64,000 bases of DNA from an uncultured Fibrobacterota bacterium (lineage in GTDB: Bacteria > Fibrobacterota > Chitinivibrionia > Chitinivibrionales > FEN-1185). Under the pieces are notes generated by a model. The model worked only from the letters and a program-made list of their open reading frames with translations, was not told the DNA's origin and made no database searches. The stretch is from the NCBI GenBank assembly GCA_963729895.1, contig CAVSQB010000005.1, positions 320,001 to 384,000 of the forward strand, read 5' to 3'. The position numbers and the translations under genes were made by a program. Positions within the stretch are counted from its first letter, which is position 1. Each line of letters starts with the position of its first letter. Positions 29,905 to 39,222 of the stretch are shown here, piece after piece.

Positions 29905-31200
29905 AGGGGACCTCTAAAAATTGCCTAATTTGCCCAATTAATGCTTGACAAAGGCTATTTCGTCAATTATTTTAATTCCAGACAACAAACCTGCGAACCC
30001 ACTACCGTCTGGAGGATATTGCGATGGGACAGATAGGCCTTTTTGACCTTGAGAATCGCCTTTCCGAGCTTTCCGAAATGGGAGACCCTCTTGAAACCAT
30101 CAATCGGGCCATACGTTGGAAGAGTTTTCGTCCTGTTATTGACAAGGCTTTTCGCAAGGAACGGAAGAGCAACGCCGGTCGTCCACCGTACGATTATATC
30201 CTGATGTTCAAGATTCTCGTGTTGCAGACGATGTATGGGCTTTCCGATGCGCAAACCCAGTTTCAGATTCTGGACCGATTGACGTTCAAACGGTTTCTTG
30301 AACTCACTTCCGAGGATAGCATTCCCGACGAGAAAACGGTCTGGTTGTTTCGGGAAACGCTGACACAAGCAGGCGTTGTCAAGAAGCTGTTTGACCTGTT
30401 CGGTCGTCAGTTGAACGAAGCGGGTTACACTGCCCAGAAAGGCCAAATAATAGATGCGAGTTTTGTCGAGGTACCTCGCCAGAGAAACACGCGGGAGGAG
30501 AATAAAGAAATCAAGAACGGGGGCACGCCGCAGGAATGGGAAAAGCACCCTGAGAAACTTCGTCAGAAAGATGTTGATGCGCGATGGACGAAGAAGAACG
30601 ATCAGACGTTTTTTGGCTACAAGAACCATGCGTCGGTAGACGCGAAGCATAAAATCATTCGAGACTATGCGGCGACATCCGCAGAAGTGCACGACTCCAA
30701 TATGCTTGAACCTCTCCTTAATCCTGAGAACACGAACGCGGACGTGTTTGCCGACAGCGCGTATCATTCGGAAAAGGCGGAACAAAGGCTTGATTATCTC
30801 TGGTACAGAAGCAAAATATGTGTCAAAGGGACTCGTGGCGCACCATTGACGGAAGCACAATTGGCACAGAACCGGAAGAAATCCAAAGTCAGATCGCGTA
30901 TAGAACATGTGTTTGCTCAAATAGAAATCATGTTTCGTGGCAGGATCAGGTGTATCGGGCGGCTGAGGGCCGCGGCGAAGATAGGACTCCTGAACCTGGT
31001 TTACAACATAAAACGCTTTGCATATCTTGAGTGCCACGCCTGAAAAGCGGGACAGGACCGCACAAGGCCCCCAAAGGGACCGAAAAAAGAACAGTTTTGG
31101 GCACCTATCAGACAAATAGACGCCCTGACATCGCGAAATAATACTATCTGTCAACATGATCTTGGAATCTACTATTTTACAGAATTTTTAGAGGTCCCCT
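29905..31200 (+). mobile_element. Nested IS5-family element
   Basis: Perfect IRs (A)GGGGACCTCTAAAAATT; TA/TAA target duplication inside CATAAGGG of the host transposase. Confidence 0.93.
30024..31043 (+). CDS. IS5-family transposase
   Basis: GRPPYD..LMFK.LVLQ..YGLSD, IIDAS, FGYKNH, HDS, ADSAY and R.RIEHVF motifs. Confidence 0.93.
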   Translation: MGQIGLFDLENRLSELSEMGDPLETINRAIRWKSFRPVIDKAFRKERKSNAGRPPYDYILMFKILVLQTMYGLSDAQTQFQILDRLTFKRFLELTSEDSIPDEKTVWLFRETLTQAGVVKKLFDLFGRQLNEAGYTAQKGQIIDASFVEVPRQRNTREENKEIKNGGTPQEWEKHPEKLRQKDVDARWTKKNDQTFFGYKNHASVDAKHKIIRDYAATSAEVHDSNMLEPLLNPENTNADVFADSAYHSEKAEQRLDYLWYRSKICVKGTRGAPLTEAQLAQNRKKSKVRSRIEHVFAQIEIMFRGRIRCIGRLRAAAKIGLLNLVYNIKRFAYLECHA

Positions 31201-31617
31201 TAAGGGATACAGCGTAAGTCAAAGGAAACGAAAACGGGTTGAAGAGATATTTGGGTGGATCAAGAGCGTCGGTGGCCTGCGGAAAACTCGGGTAAGAGGA
31301 ATACGAATCAACCAGACTGTTGCCTACGTGGTTGCCGCAGCGTACAACTTGATACGCATGGTTAAGTTGATGCCGCAAACGGTGGGGGCAGCATGAGAAT
31401 GGCCTGGGAATCCGGGGAAATGCCTCGGAACGAGGCAGGTAAAACCTCTCTGACATATGTAAAGTTGAAGTTAGGTTCATAAAAAATCAACAAGAGCGCT
31501 TCTGTTAGGACTATTTCAACAACCTGTTAGACCCGCTAAGGAGCCGCGAGGTGTGGCTGGACGGAAGAGAGTATATATCTAAAAACTTCGTCAATGTATT
31601 TGGTCTTGGACTTTGTC

Positions 31618-31993
31618 AACCTGGAGTTTCTACGGTGCGCGCAACAGTATCTAAATACGAATGAAATGCCTCTGGATAGCAGTGCCGGGTGACCCCAAGG
31701 TAAGTTTATTTGCTAGAATCGAATTTCTGGATACAAGTCAAATGCATCTGGATGGCTGAGCCGGGTGACCCCAAAGTGGAATTAGCTGCCAGAATCCAAT
31801 CTTATGCTGTGGGGCACCCTCGAAGTGGAGTTGTTAAGGCCAAGTGGAAGGTCCTTTGTTGGTATGTGGGAAATCATGGGTGGGCGCGAGATTTACGGTT
31901 GAGAAGTTGATAGCCGGGTGCTCCTCGGGTGCGCGCAACGGTGGGCTCGGGCTTGCCACTGAAGGTACCTCGCCGCACCCGCTCAGCAAACCC
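31618..31993 (+). repeat. Modular intergenic element, family A locus 5
   Basis: X at 31618, left units at 31673 and 31749, X at 31912, right unit at about 31971; 31749-31993 closely matches 27822-28066. Confidence 0.88.
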
Positions 31994-32031
31994 GAATATT
32001 ATCTTGCAATTGCTACGGGACGCCCGATTTC

Positions 32032-32691
32032 TTATCTTAGCACTGATCCACCAGCCTTCTTTGCGGCGTCCAGTAGTTCAGCCGGGTTGACACGCACCTT
32101 GATGTCGGGATTGTAATAAACAAAATGAATGACGCCCTTTTGGTCCACCACAAAGGCCGCCGGAACCGGCAGCAAATGAAGACTGTTACCGGTGCTTGAA
32201 TCAAGGGATATGCCTCGGGCTTGCATCTTTGTCAGGATTTCCCCGCTCACTTGGTATGCCAGCCCGAATTTCCGCGTCAAATCCATGGACCGGTCCGAGA
32301 GCAGGGTGTAGTTGATGTGATGCTTGCCCAGGCTTTCCCTGAGATTCTGGGGTTTGTCCAGACTTACGGCAATAATCTGGTAACCCATTTTTTTCAAATC
32401 AGGTTCAATCTTCACCAATTGGTCCATCTGCAGGTTGCAGTAAGGGCACCAACCTCCGCGGTAAAAAATGACTACGCTGGGTTTTTGGGCGATAAGCTTT
32501 TTGAATCCAACGCTTTTCCCTTTGATTGTCGACAGGAATCCATCCGGCACCGAATCTCCAACGGCGAGAGGATGGACTTCCTGGGCGGTGAGCGGCACGG
32601 GATTTTGTTCGGGAGCCGCCAAAACTATTCTTCCGGGAAACAACAACAGAAACAGGAATTTTACGAAGCCGGTCATGAACGTGTTACGCAT
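32032..32691 (-). CDS. Exported peroxiredoxin-like (AhpC/TSA) thioredoxin-fold protein
   Basis: Signal peptide; FYRGGWCPYC, LLSD and LPVPAAFVVD motifs. Confidence 0.85.
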   Translation of the reverse strand: MRNTFMTGFVKFLFLLLFPGRIVLAAPEQNPVPLTAQEVHPLAVGDSVPDGFLSTIKGKSVGFKKLIAQKPSVVIFYRGGWCPYCNLQMDQLVKIEPDLKKMGYQIIAVSLDKPQNLRESLGKHHINYTLLSDRSMDLTRKFGLAYQVSGEILTKMQARGISLDSSTGNSLHLLPVPAAFVVDQKGVIHFVYYNPDIKVRVNPAELLDAAKKAGGSVLR

Positions 32692-32712
32692 TTGTCACCT
32701 TTCAATTGAAGG

Positions 32713-33813
32713 TTACTTCTTAAACATGGCGCTAAATTCTCCATAGCCATCTTTATCCAAATCTTTTGCGGGCACAAACCGCAGGGCTGCGGAGTCTATG
32801 CAATAGCGCAGGTGGGCGGGCGGCGGGCCATCGTTGAACAGGTCTCCCAAATGAGAATTGCCCCAGCGGCTGCGCACCTCGGAACCCATGGTTGCCACGG
32901 CGGAATGGTTCTTTTCAATCACGTTTGCCGCGACCAACGGCTTGGTGAAGCTTGGCCAGCCGGTGCCGGACTCGAACTTGTCCTTTGAGCTAAAAAGTGG
33001 CTCGCCGGTAACGATGTCAACGTAAATCCCTTCTTCATGGTTGTTCCAAAAGGGATTTTTGAACGGCGGTTCCGTTCCCTTTTCCTGGGTTACTTCGTAT
33101 TCGATGGGCGAAAGCATTTTCTTGAGAATCGAATCCGGGGGCCTTGAGAATACACTCACGGCAACGGTGTCCGCTTTCCAGCCCTTGTCCTTCCATGTCT
33201 TCTCCAAAAACCGGTCCCTGCCGGAGCCGTCCCGGTATCTGTGGTAATCCTCCGGATTTTTCAGATAATAGTCCTGGTGATAGCCCTCTGCTTCGTAAAA
33301 AGTTGAAGCCGGGATTATCCTGGTGACTACGGTTTGTTTTCCAAACACCCCTGCATGTTCCAGGCTCATTTTTGTCGCCTCGGCCAGCGTTCTCTGTTGA
33401 AGGGTGTGGTAGAAAATCACGGATTGATATTGGGGGCCGCGGTCAACGAACTGGCCGCCTGCATCTGTCGGATCGTTGGATCTCCAGAAGGCGTTCAGAA
33501 GTTGCAGGTAACTGATTTTTCGAGGATCGTAGGTTACCTGGATCGACTCCATGTGTCCCGTTCCCCCGGCGCCAACCTCTTCGTATTTCGGATTGGCCTT
33601 TGTTCCACCGGTATAACCCGCCAATACTTTGGTGACTCCGCTGAGCTTTTCAAAGGGTGGCTCCATGCACCAGAAACAGCCGCCGGCAAACGTCGCCGTT
33701 GCGGTGTCCTTTGAAAAAACCGGGACCGTGGCTTGTGTGCCTTCTTCCGATGCCTGCTTGCCGGAACAAGAGAGAGCCATAGCGCACAAAACAACTGCAC
33801 CTGCTAGTTTCAT
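32713..33813 (-). CDS. msrAB: Methionine sulfoxide reductase MsrA/MsrB fusion, lipoprotein
   Basis: FAGGCFWC and AEGYHQDYY (MsrA); GTEPPF, SGTGWPSF, HLG and RYCIDS (MsrB); lipobox ALSC; start uncertain. Confidence 0.93.
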   Translation of the reverse strand: MKLAGAVVLCAMALSCSGKQASEEGTQATVPVFSKDTATATFAGGCFWCMEPPFEKLSGVTKVLAGYTGGTKANPKYEEVGAGGTGHMESIQVTYDPRKISYLQLLNAFWRSNDPTDAGGQFVDRGPQYQSVIFYHTLQQRTLAEATKMSLEHAGVFGKQTVVTRIIPASTFYEAEGYHQDYYLKNPEDYHRYRDGSGRDRFLEKTWKDKGWKADTVAVSVFSRPPDSILKKMLSPIEYEVTQEKGTEPPFKNPFWNNHEEGIYVDIVTGEPLFSSKDKFESGTGWPSFTKPLVAANVIEKNHSAVATMGSEVRSRWGNSHLGDLFNDGPPPAHLRYCIDSAALRFVPAKDLDKDGYGEFSAMFKK

Positions 33814-33911
33814 CGGCGGGCCTGCTTTCTTTGTGTCGGTTAGGGGAAACATCTGCTTCATACTAATTGCCTGCAAAGAAGATGCCATAAATGTGAATAA
33901 TCAAACCTGTT

Positions 33912-34452
33912 TGGATGACTGAGCCGGAAAATACAAACAACTAAATGCATCTGGATAGCTGTGCCGGGTGACCCCCAAGTGAGTTTATTTGCGAGAATCA
34001 AATTCTCTGCTGTGGGGCGCCCAAAAATCAAGAGCAAGAAGCGGGCGTTCCCCTCGCTACGCTCGGGTCGGCCCTCCCTTCAGGCCACCCCTTCGGGTGC
34101 TTCTCCCCCGTCGGGGATTTCCAAGGGTCACAAAGGGTCGTCGGCTGGTCAGCCTCGGTGCCGGATCGCCCCTATGCCTTCGGCGGGGCCGACCGGCACT
34201 GTGCTTCTGCACACCTTACGGTCGTGCCTAACGCGAGAAACAAGAACGCAAAGGTATTTTAGGTTTTCCCCTCAGTGGTGCAGCTGCGTCCGGAAGACCA
34301 AGGGCACTGTATTTGGTATTGCATTTTGTTAACCGGGTGCTTGTACGGTGCGCGCAACTGAAGGTACGGGCTTGCCAAGGGTGCATCCACGCCGCACCGG
34401 CTCGGCAATCCATAAAACCATTTTGATATTGGCGCATCAGCCCGGTAAACCA
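33912..34452 (+). repeat. Modular intergenic element, family A locus 6 (2 left units, structured cargo, X, 2 right units)
   Basis: Left units at 33912 and 33952; cargo 34043-34234; X at 34331; right units at 34390 and 34430. Confidence 0.88.
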
Positions 34453-34560
34453 ACATGGCATTTGACTTGAAGTATTCTAGCCTTCCTCATTTGACAATAT
34501 TATTTTAATTTGTAATCCTCGTTCTCACCGTCATCCCACGTTCTTCCCAGGAGGTTGCTC

Positions 34561-35322
34561 ATGCCGCGATCCCATTCGTACGGCTGGACCCCGGACCTTC
34601 CGGACCATCGCGACGTCCGCTATTCCCTTGTGTACAAAGTCCCGGCAGTGATACCGGGGCAGCAGGATTTGCGTCCCCTGTGCCCGGCCGTGGAAAATCA
34701 GGGCAGGCTCGGAAGCTGCACCGCTCACGCGCTCACCGGAGCGCTCGAGGTCCTGGAGAAAAAAGACGGCCTGCCGGTGGCGCAGATGAGCAGGCTTTTC
34801 GTGTATTACAACGAGCGCGCCATAGAGCATACGGTTTCGCAGGACAGCGGTGCGCGGATACGCGACGGCATCAAGTCGCTTGTCAAGCAGGGCTGTTGCC
34901 GCGAAGCACGGTGGCCGTATGTGATATCCAAATTCAAATCAAAACCCGGCGTCGCGTGTTTCAAGGACGGCCTGGAGCACCAGGTGATCTCGTATCAGCG
35001 TATCGACACCCTCGACCAGATGCGGTCATGCCTTGCGGACGGGTTCCCGTTCGTTTTCGGCTTTACCGTGTACGAAAGCTTCGAATCGCAGGCGGTCGCG
35101 GAAAGCGGCATCGTGCCCATGCCGGGGACCGGGGAGCGCGCGCTCGGCGGCCACGCGGTCCTGGCGGTCGGGTACAACGATGCACAAAAGAGAATAACCG
35201 TCCGCAATTCCTGGGGCGCCGATTGGGGCATGCAGGGCTATTTCACCATGCCGTACGAGTATGTTTCCAACCGGGACCTGTCCGACGATTTCTGGACCGT
35301 GCGGCGCGGGGAGAAGATGTAG
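34561..35322 (+). CDS. Papain-family (C1A) cysteine peptidase
   Basis: QG.LGSC, SRLFVYYN, GGHAV and RNSWG motifs; GGAGG RBS. Confidence 0.93.
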   Translation: MPRSHSYGWTPDLPDHRDVRYSLVYKVPAVIPGQQDLRPLCPAVENQGRLGSCTAHALTGALEVLEKKDGLPVAQMSRLFVYYNERAIEHTVSQDSGARIRDGIKSLVKQGCCREARWPYVISKFKSKPGVACFKDGLEHQVISYQRIDTLDQMRSCLADGFPFVFGFTVYESFESQAVAESGIVPMPGTGERALGGHAVLAVGYNDAQKRITVRNSWGADWGMQGYFTMPYEYVSNRDLSDDFWTVRRGEKM

Positions 35323-35443
35323 CGCGAAAGGCGCTGGTTTCAATCCTGGCCGGGAAGGCGTGAACCTATTTTCTTAATCTGACGACTATTATTATTGAGT
35401 GAGGGACGGTCGCCGCCGAGCAAAGTGTCGAAGGAGGTTCAAT

Positions 35444-36040
35444 ATGTCGACATTAAGAAAGTTTCTGTTTTTCTTCGCACTTGCGGTAATAGTCGTTCGT
35501 CCATCAATCGCTGCGGATTCGCTTGTTGTCAGTCCACAGAACCCCACGATAATGGACTCGATCAGGTTGAGCATTCTAGCTATAGATTGGAGCTGCTGCA
35601 CCCAATTTTCTTACGACTCAACCGTCGTTGTTCTCGTAAACGATTCCACAATCGCGCTCAGCTTCACGGCTCAGGTGATTGTTTGTCCATGCCCCTCCAA
35701 CCCTGTGGCACCGGTTCTCACCTACAAAAGAGGACCACTGCCCGCGAGAAAGTATTCTGTGTACGAGCAATATCAGTCGTGCACCGGCCAGGTCTGTTCG
35801 GATCTCGTCGTGCAGGCATTCATCGGCACATTCAGGGTCTCGGTACCGACCGCCACGGTCTTTCATCAGAAACCGGTGCCGCTGGAGAGCATCGGGAAAA
35901 TTTCCGCGAACGGGCGCGTCTATGATATTCGCGGAGCGCTGGTGTCTCCTGACCGGATCAACGCGTCGAAACGGAGCCCCGGAGTGTATTTTATCAAGCC
36001 GGATGAGCGCTCGGCCGCGCAGCTGAAGATTTGGTATTGA
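35444..36040 (+). CDS. Small secreted Cys-rich protein with T9SS-like tail
   Basis: Signal peptide, six Cys, VYDIRGALV..PGVYFI tail; AAGGAGG RBS. Confidence 0.7.
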   Translation: MSTLRKFLFFFALAVIVVRPSIAADSLVVSPQNPTIMDSIRLSILAIDWSCCTQFSYDSTVVVLVNDSTIALSFTAQVIVCPCPSNPVAPVLTYKRGPLPARKYSVYEQYQSCTGQVCSDLVVQAFIGTFRVSVPTATVFHQKPVPLESIGKISANGRVYDIRGALVSPDRINASKRSPGVYFIKPDERSAAQLKIWY

Positions 36041-36117
36041 CAAAAACGAGTTGCACGTCATCGCACTAAAGGGAAGAAGGGCCGTTGCCCCGATAAGAAT
36101 TATCTTTCAAACAAAGC

Positions 36118-36906
36118 ATGATAACGGAAAATACAGCCCGGTTCAGGTTCTACGAAGAGCTCAACGACTTTCTGCCTCTTGACAGGCGCAAAACGCAATT
36201 CACCTGCTCGTTTTCCGGCACTCCATCGGTAAAGGACGCGATCGAGGCGATCGGCGTGCCGCACACGGAAATCGATCTCATTGTTGTAAACGGCCAATCG
36301 GCCGGCTTCGAGTTTCGCTTGAAGAACAACGACGAGGTTTCGGTATACCCGGTGTTCGAATCGCTGGACATTTCGCCGATTGCAAGGCTTCGCGAGGCGC
36401 CGCTTTGCGGGCCGAGGTTCATCTGCGACGTTCACCTGGGCGCGCTGGCGCGGCTGCTGCGCCTGGCCGGGTTCGACACCGCGTACCAAAACGACTATTC
36501 CGACGAAAGGATCGTGAGCATCGCGCTGCTCGAAAAACGCTGCGTGCTCACGCGGGACAGAGGGATTCTCAAACGGAAAGCGGTCACCCACGGGTATTGC
36601 GTGCGGAGCAGCAATCCCGAAGAACAGGCGCGCGAGGTGCTGCTGCGGTTTGATCTGTGGAATGCCGCAAGGCCGTTTTCTCTGTGCATCACGTGCAACG
36701 GCGCAATCGGCGGGGTCAACAAGCAGGATATTCTTGCGTTGTTGCCGGAAATGACCCGGAAGTGCTACGATGAGTTTTACAGGTGCGGCTCATGCGGAAA
36801 AGTGTACTGGCGGGGCGGTCATTTCGAAAACCTCAGGAAACTGGCGGGCGACCTGACCGCACCGCCCGCTGCGCCGGCGGATGTGACGGCGCGCCGGGAC
36901 CTATGA
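36118..36906 (+). CDS. Mut7-C RNase-domain protein with ubiquitin-like N-domain
   Basis: RFYEELNDFL, GVPHTE, DVHLG.LAR.LR..GFD, LTRD, CxxCN and CxxC.KVYW.G.H motifs. Confidence 0.9.
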   Translation: MITENTARFRFYEELNDFLPLDRRKTQFTCSFSGTPSVKDAIEAIGVPHTEIDLIVVNGQSAGFEFRLKNNDEVSVYPVFESLDISPIARLREAPLCGPRFICDVHLGALARLLRLAGFDTAYQNDYSDERIVSIALLEKRCVLTRDRGILKRKAVTHGYCVRSSNPEEQAREVLLRFDLWNAARPFSLCITCNGAIGGVNKQDILALLPEMTRKCYDEFYRCGSCGKVYWRGGHFENLRKLAGDLTAPPAAPADVTARRDL

Positions 36907-37632
36907 CGCGGCCGCATCCATCACCGTTTCCCAGTCGTAGACGCCCGCTATCGCCCGCCCCGGCCTCACCACCAGGAAATCCTCGGCATACCAGTTGCCG
37001 GACATCAGATTGCGGACCAGCGACAGACTGCCTTCGAGCTGCACATATTCCTTCTTCTCGGCGACCGCCTTCCCCCTGCACATCTGGATGCACTCCCTGC
37101 TTTCCGTGGGTTTGATGTTGACGTACACGATTTTGCCCGTGTCCGGCCCGGTCATGGCGGCAAGGAGATGGTCCGCATTGTCCTCTCCGTAAAGCCTTGC
37201 GTACAGCGCCCTTCGCTGCTGCGGCTCCTGGGCCCACGCGTGATGAACATGCGCCTCGGAACCTCGTTCAAGGTGGCCGCGTGACAGGAAGGACTGGCTC
37301 GGGCATTTCTCAAAATACCGGCGGAAGAGTTTCCTGGAACCGAGCAGTACGGTACAGCAGTCGTGCGCTCGCGGAATAACGAGCTGCGTTGAACGCGCAA
37401 CTATGCCGGCAGCGGCGTTCCCGCACAGGCCGTAGCAAAGAAGGACGGCGTCGTAAGCCCGGCTCCCACGCTCAACGCGGTCTATTTTCTCCTGGATCTC
37501 ATTTCGCAAGGCTTCCGGCCGGTCGTGCGAATCGATTGCGGTGAAGTCGAGGTCGATGCCGTGCGGCATGCCGGCCATGCAGGCGCAGATTTCCCGGGTG
37601 AACGTTTCGCAGGCGAGGAGTTTGAAGATCAT
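36901..37632 (-). CDS. DUF1638 family protein
   Basis: LACE, H..P..LR..IQ..ID, YGLCG and IPRAHDCC..LLG motifs. Confidence 0.82.
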   Translation of the reverse strand: MIFKLLACETFTREICACMAGMPHGIDLDFTAIDSHDRPEALRNEIQEKIDRVERGSRAYDAVLLCYGLCGNAAAGIVARSTQLVIPRAHDCCTVLLGSRKLFRRYFEKCPSQSFLSRGHLERGSEAHVHHAWAQEPQQRRALYARLYGEDNADHLLAAMTGPDTGKIVYVNIKPTESRECIQMCRGKAVAEKKEYVQLEGSLSLVRNLMSGNWYAEDFLVVRPGRAIAGVYDWETVMDAAAS

Positions 37633-37733
37633 TGGATTCTCCAATTAAAAATATTTGAAGAATTGAATGTGAAATGCTTTTTTCTAAAGGGGAGAAGTAT
37701 GTCTTGTCTCAAAAGCATACTAACATGCAATTT

Positions 37734-38217
37734 TGGATTGCTGAGCATGTGCGCGGATATCAAGATCAAGATAATATCTTTGTGTGCTGAGCCGGTGCGG
37801 CGTGGATGTCCCCGTTGCAATATCGAGATAAGGATATGGGCGCCCCGCTGCTAAGGGTGATTCTGGATTGCCGAGCCGGTGCGGCGTGGATGTACCCTTG
37901 GCAAGCCCGTACCTTCAGTTGCGCGCACCGTACAAGCACCCGGTTAACAAAATCCAATACTAAATACAGTGCCCCTGGTTTTCCGGCTGCAGCTGCGCCA
38001 CTGAGGAGGAGATGCAGAATACCTTTGCGTGCTTGCTTTTTGCGTTAGGCACGACCGTAAGGTGCGCTGGAGCGCAGTGCCGCCTGACCCCGGCCCGAAG
38101 GGCCATCGGGCCAGTGCGGCACCGAGGCTGACAAGCCGAGCCCGGAGGGAGAGCCGACCCCGGCCGCGCGCGGGGGCAGGTTTGAAGCCCGCCCCACCCG
38201 CGGCCGGGGTAACGCCC
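37734..38217 (-). repeat. Modular intergenic element, family A locus 7 (inverted; cargo, X, 3 right units)
   Basis: Right units at 37734, 37780 and 37864; X at about 37919-37947; cargo 38042-38217; about 200 bp inverted match to 34210-34412. Confidence 0.88.
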
Positions 38218-38331
38218 AGATTTCTTAATTGAATTCAAATCCCACATATTCAAATTCATCTCCCTCATATTTATTATTTTTCATCTTCCCCCAGCAGCGC
38301 CCGACAGACCCAGTCACAAAGGAGAAAGCCC

Positions 38332-39222
38332 ATGCCCGAAGCAGACGTCTCAAAAGCCGAAAAGAACTTCTATATCGACGTCCCGCAAAAGGGCGAGGTC
38401 TTCTTCCTCAAGGGTTCCAATTCCTACGACTGGGGAATGAAGAACAGGCTTGCCAGGATTTTCAACTGCGAGTCGGGAAGAACCGTGATGCTCGCGTTCG
38501 ACCACGGGTACTTCCAGGGACCCACCACCGGGCTCGAACGTCCGGACATCACCATTTTGCCGCTCGCGCCCTTTGCGGACGCACTCATGCTCACGCGGGG
38601 AATCCTGCGCTCGGTGATTCCGCCGTCGCTTAACAAGGCCACGGTCCTTCGCGCAAGCGGCGGGCCCAGCATACTCAAGGAGTTGTCAAACGAGCATATT
38701 GCCATGAACCTGGAAGATGCCGTCCGCGTCAACGCGTGCGCGGTCGCCACGCAGGTGTTTGTCGGCGGTGAATACGAGACGCAGTCGGTGATAAACCTCA
38801 CCAATCTGGTGGACGAGGGAAACAGGGTGGGAATGCCCGTGCTCGGCGTAACCGCGGTGGGCAAGGACATGGTGCGCGACGCCAAGTACATCAGGCTGGC
38901 CACGCGCATGTGCGCCGAGCTCGGAGCGGCATTTGTCAAGACGTACTTCGTGCCCGATTTCGAGACGGTCACGTCGGCGTGCCCGGTCCCCATCGTTATC
39001 GCGGGCGGCAAGAAACTTCCCGAGCTCGATGCGCTCAAGATGGCGCACGAGGCGATCAGCCAGGGCGCCGCGGGCGTGGACATGGGCCGCAATATCTTCC
39101 AGTCCGAGGCGCCCGTGGCCATGATCAAGGCGGTGCGCAAAGTCGTGCACGACAACATGAAGCCCGAGCAGGCGTTCGAGCTGTATCTCGCGCATGCAAA
39201 CCTGAAGAAACACAAGGCATGA
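38332..39222 (+). CDS. lsrF: LsrF-like class I aldolase-fold thiolase
   Basis: [40 protein letters not shown] and [10 protein letters not shown] motifs. Confidence 0.9.
   Translation: MPEADVSKAEKNFYIDVPQKGEVFFLKGSNSYDWGMKNRLARIFNCESGRTVMLAFDHGYFQGPTTGLERPDITILPLAPFADALMLTRGILRSVIPPSLNKATVLRASGGPSILKELSNEHIAMNLEDAVRVNACAVATQVFVGGEYETQSVINLTNLVDEGNRVGMPVLGVTAVGKDMVRDAKYIRLATRMCAELGAAFVKTYFVPDFETVTSACPVPIVIAGGKKLPELDALKMAHEAISQGAAGVDMGRNIFQSEAPVAMIKAVRKVVHDNMKPEQAFELYLAHANLKKHKA

Larger units (their letters stand above)
28989..31396 (+). pseudogene. IS5 transposase split by a nested IS (N-part to about 29904, C-part 31204-31396)
   Basis: Matches the intact 369-aa transposase at 42535-43644 up to TTRHK and resumes GYSVSQRK after the insert. 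Confidence 0.93.
28917..31526 (+). mobile_element. IS5-family element (copy 1), interrupted by a second IS5
   Basis: IRs CAGGGTGTTGAAAAAGTC / GACTATTTCAACAACCTG; TTAG duplicated at 28913-28916 and 31527-31530; near-identical to 42405-43716. Confidence 0.95.
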
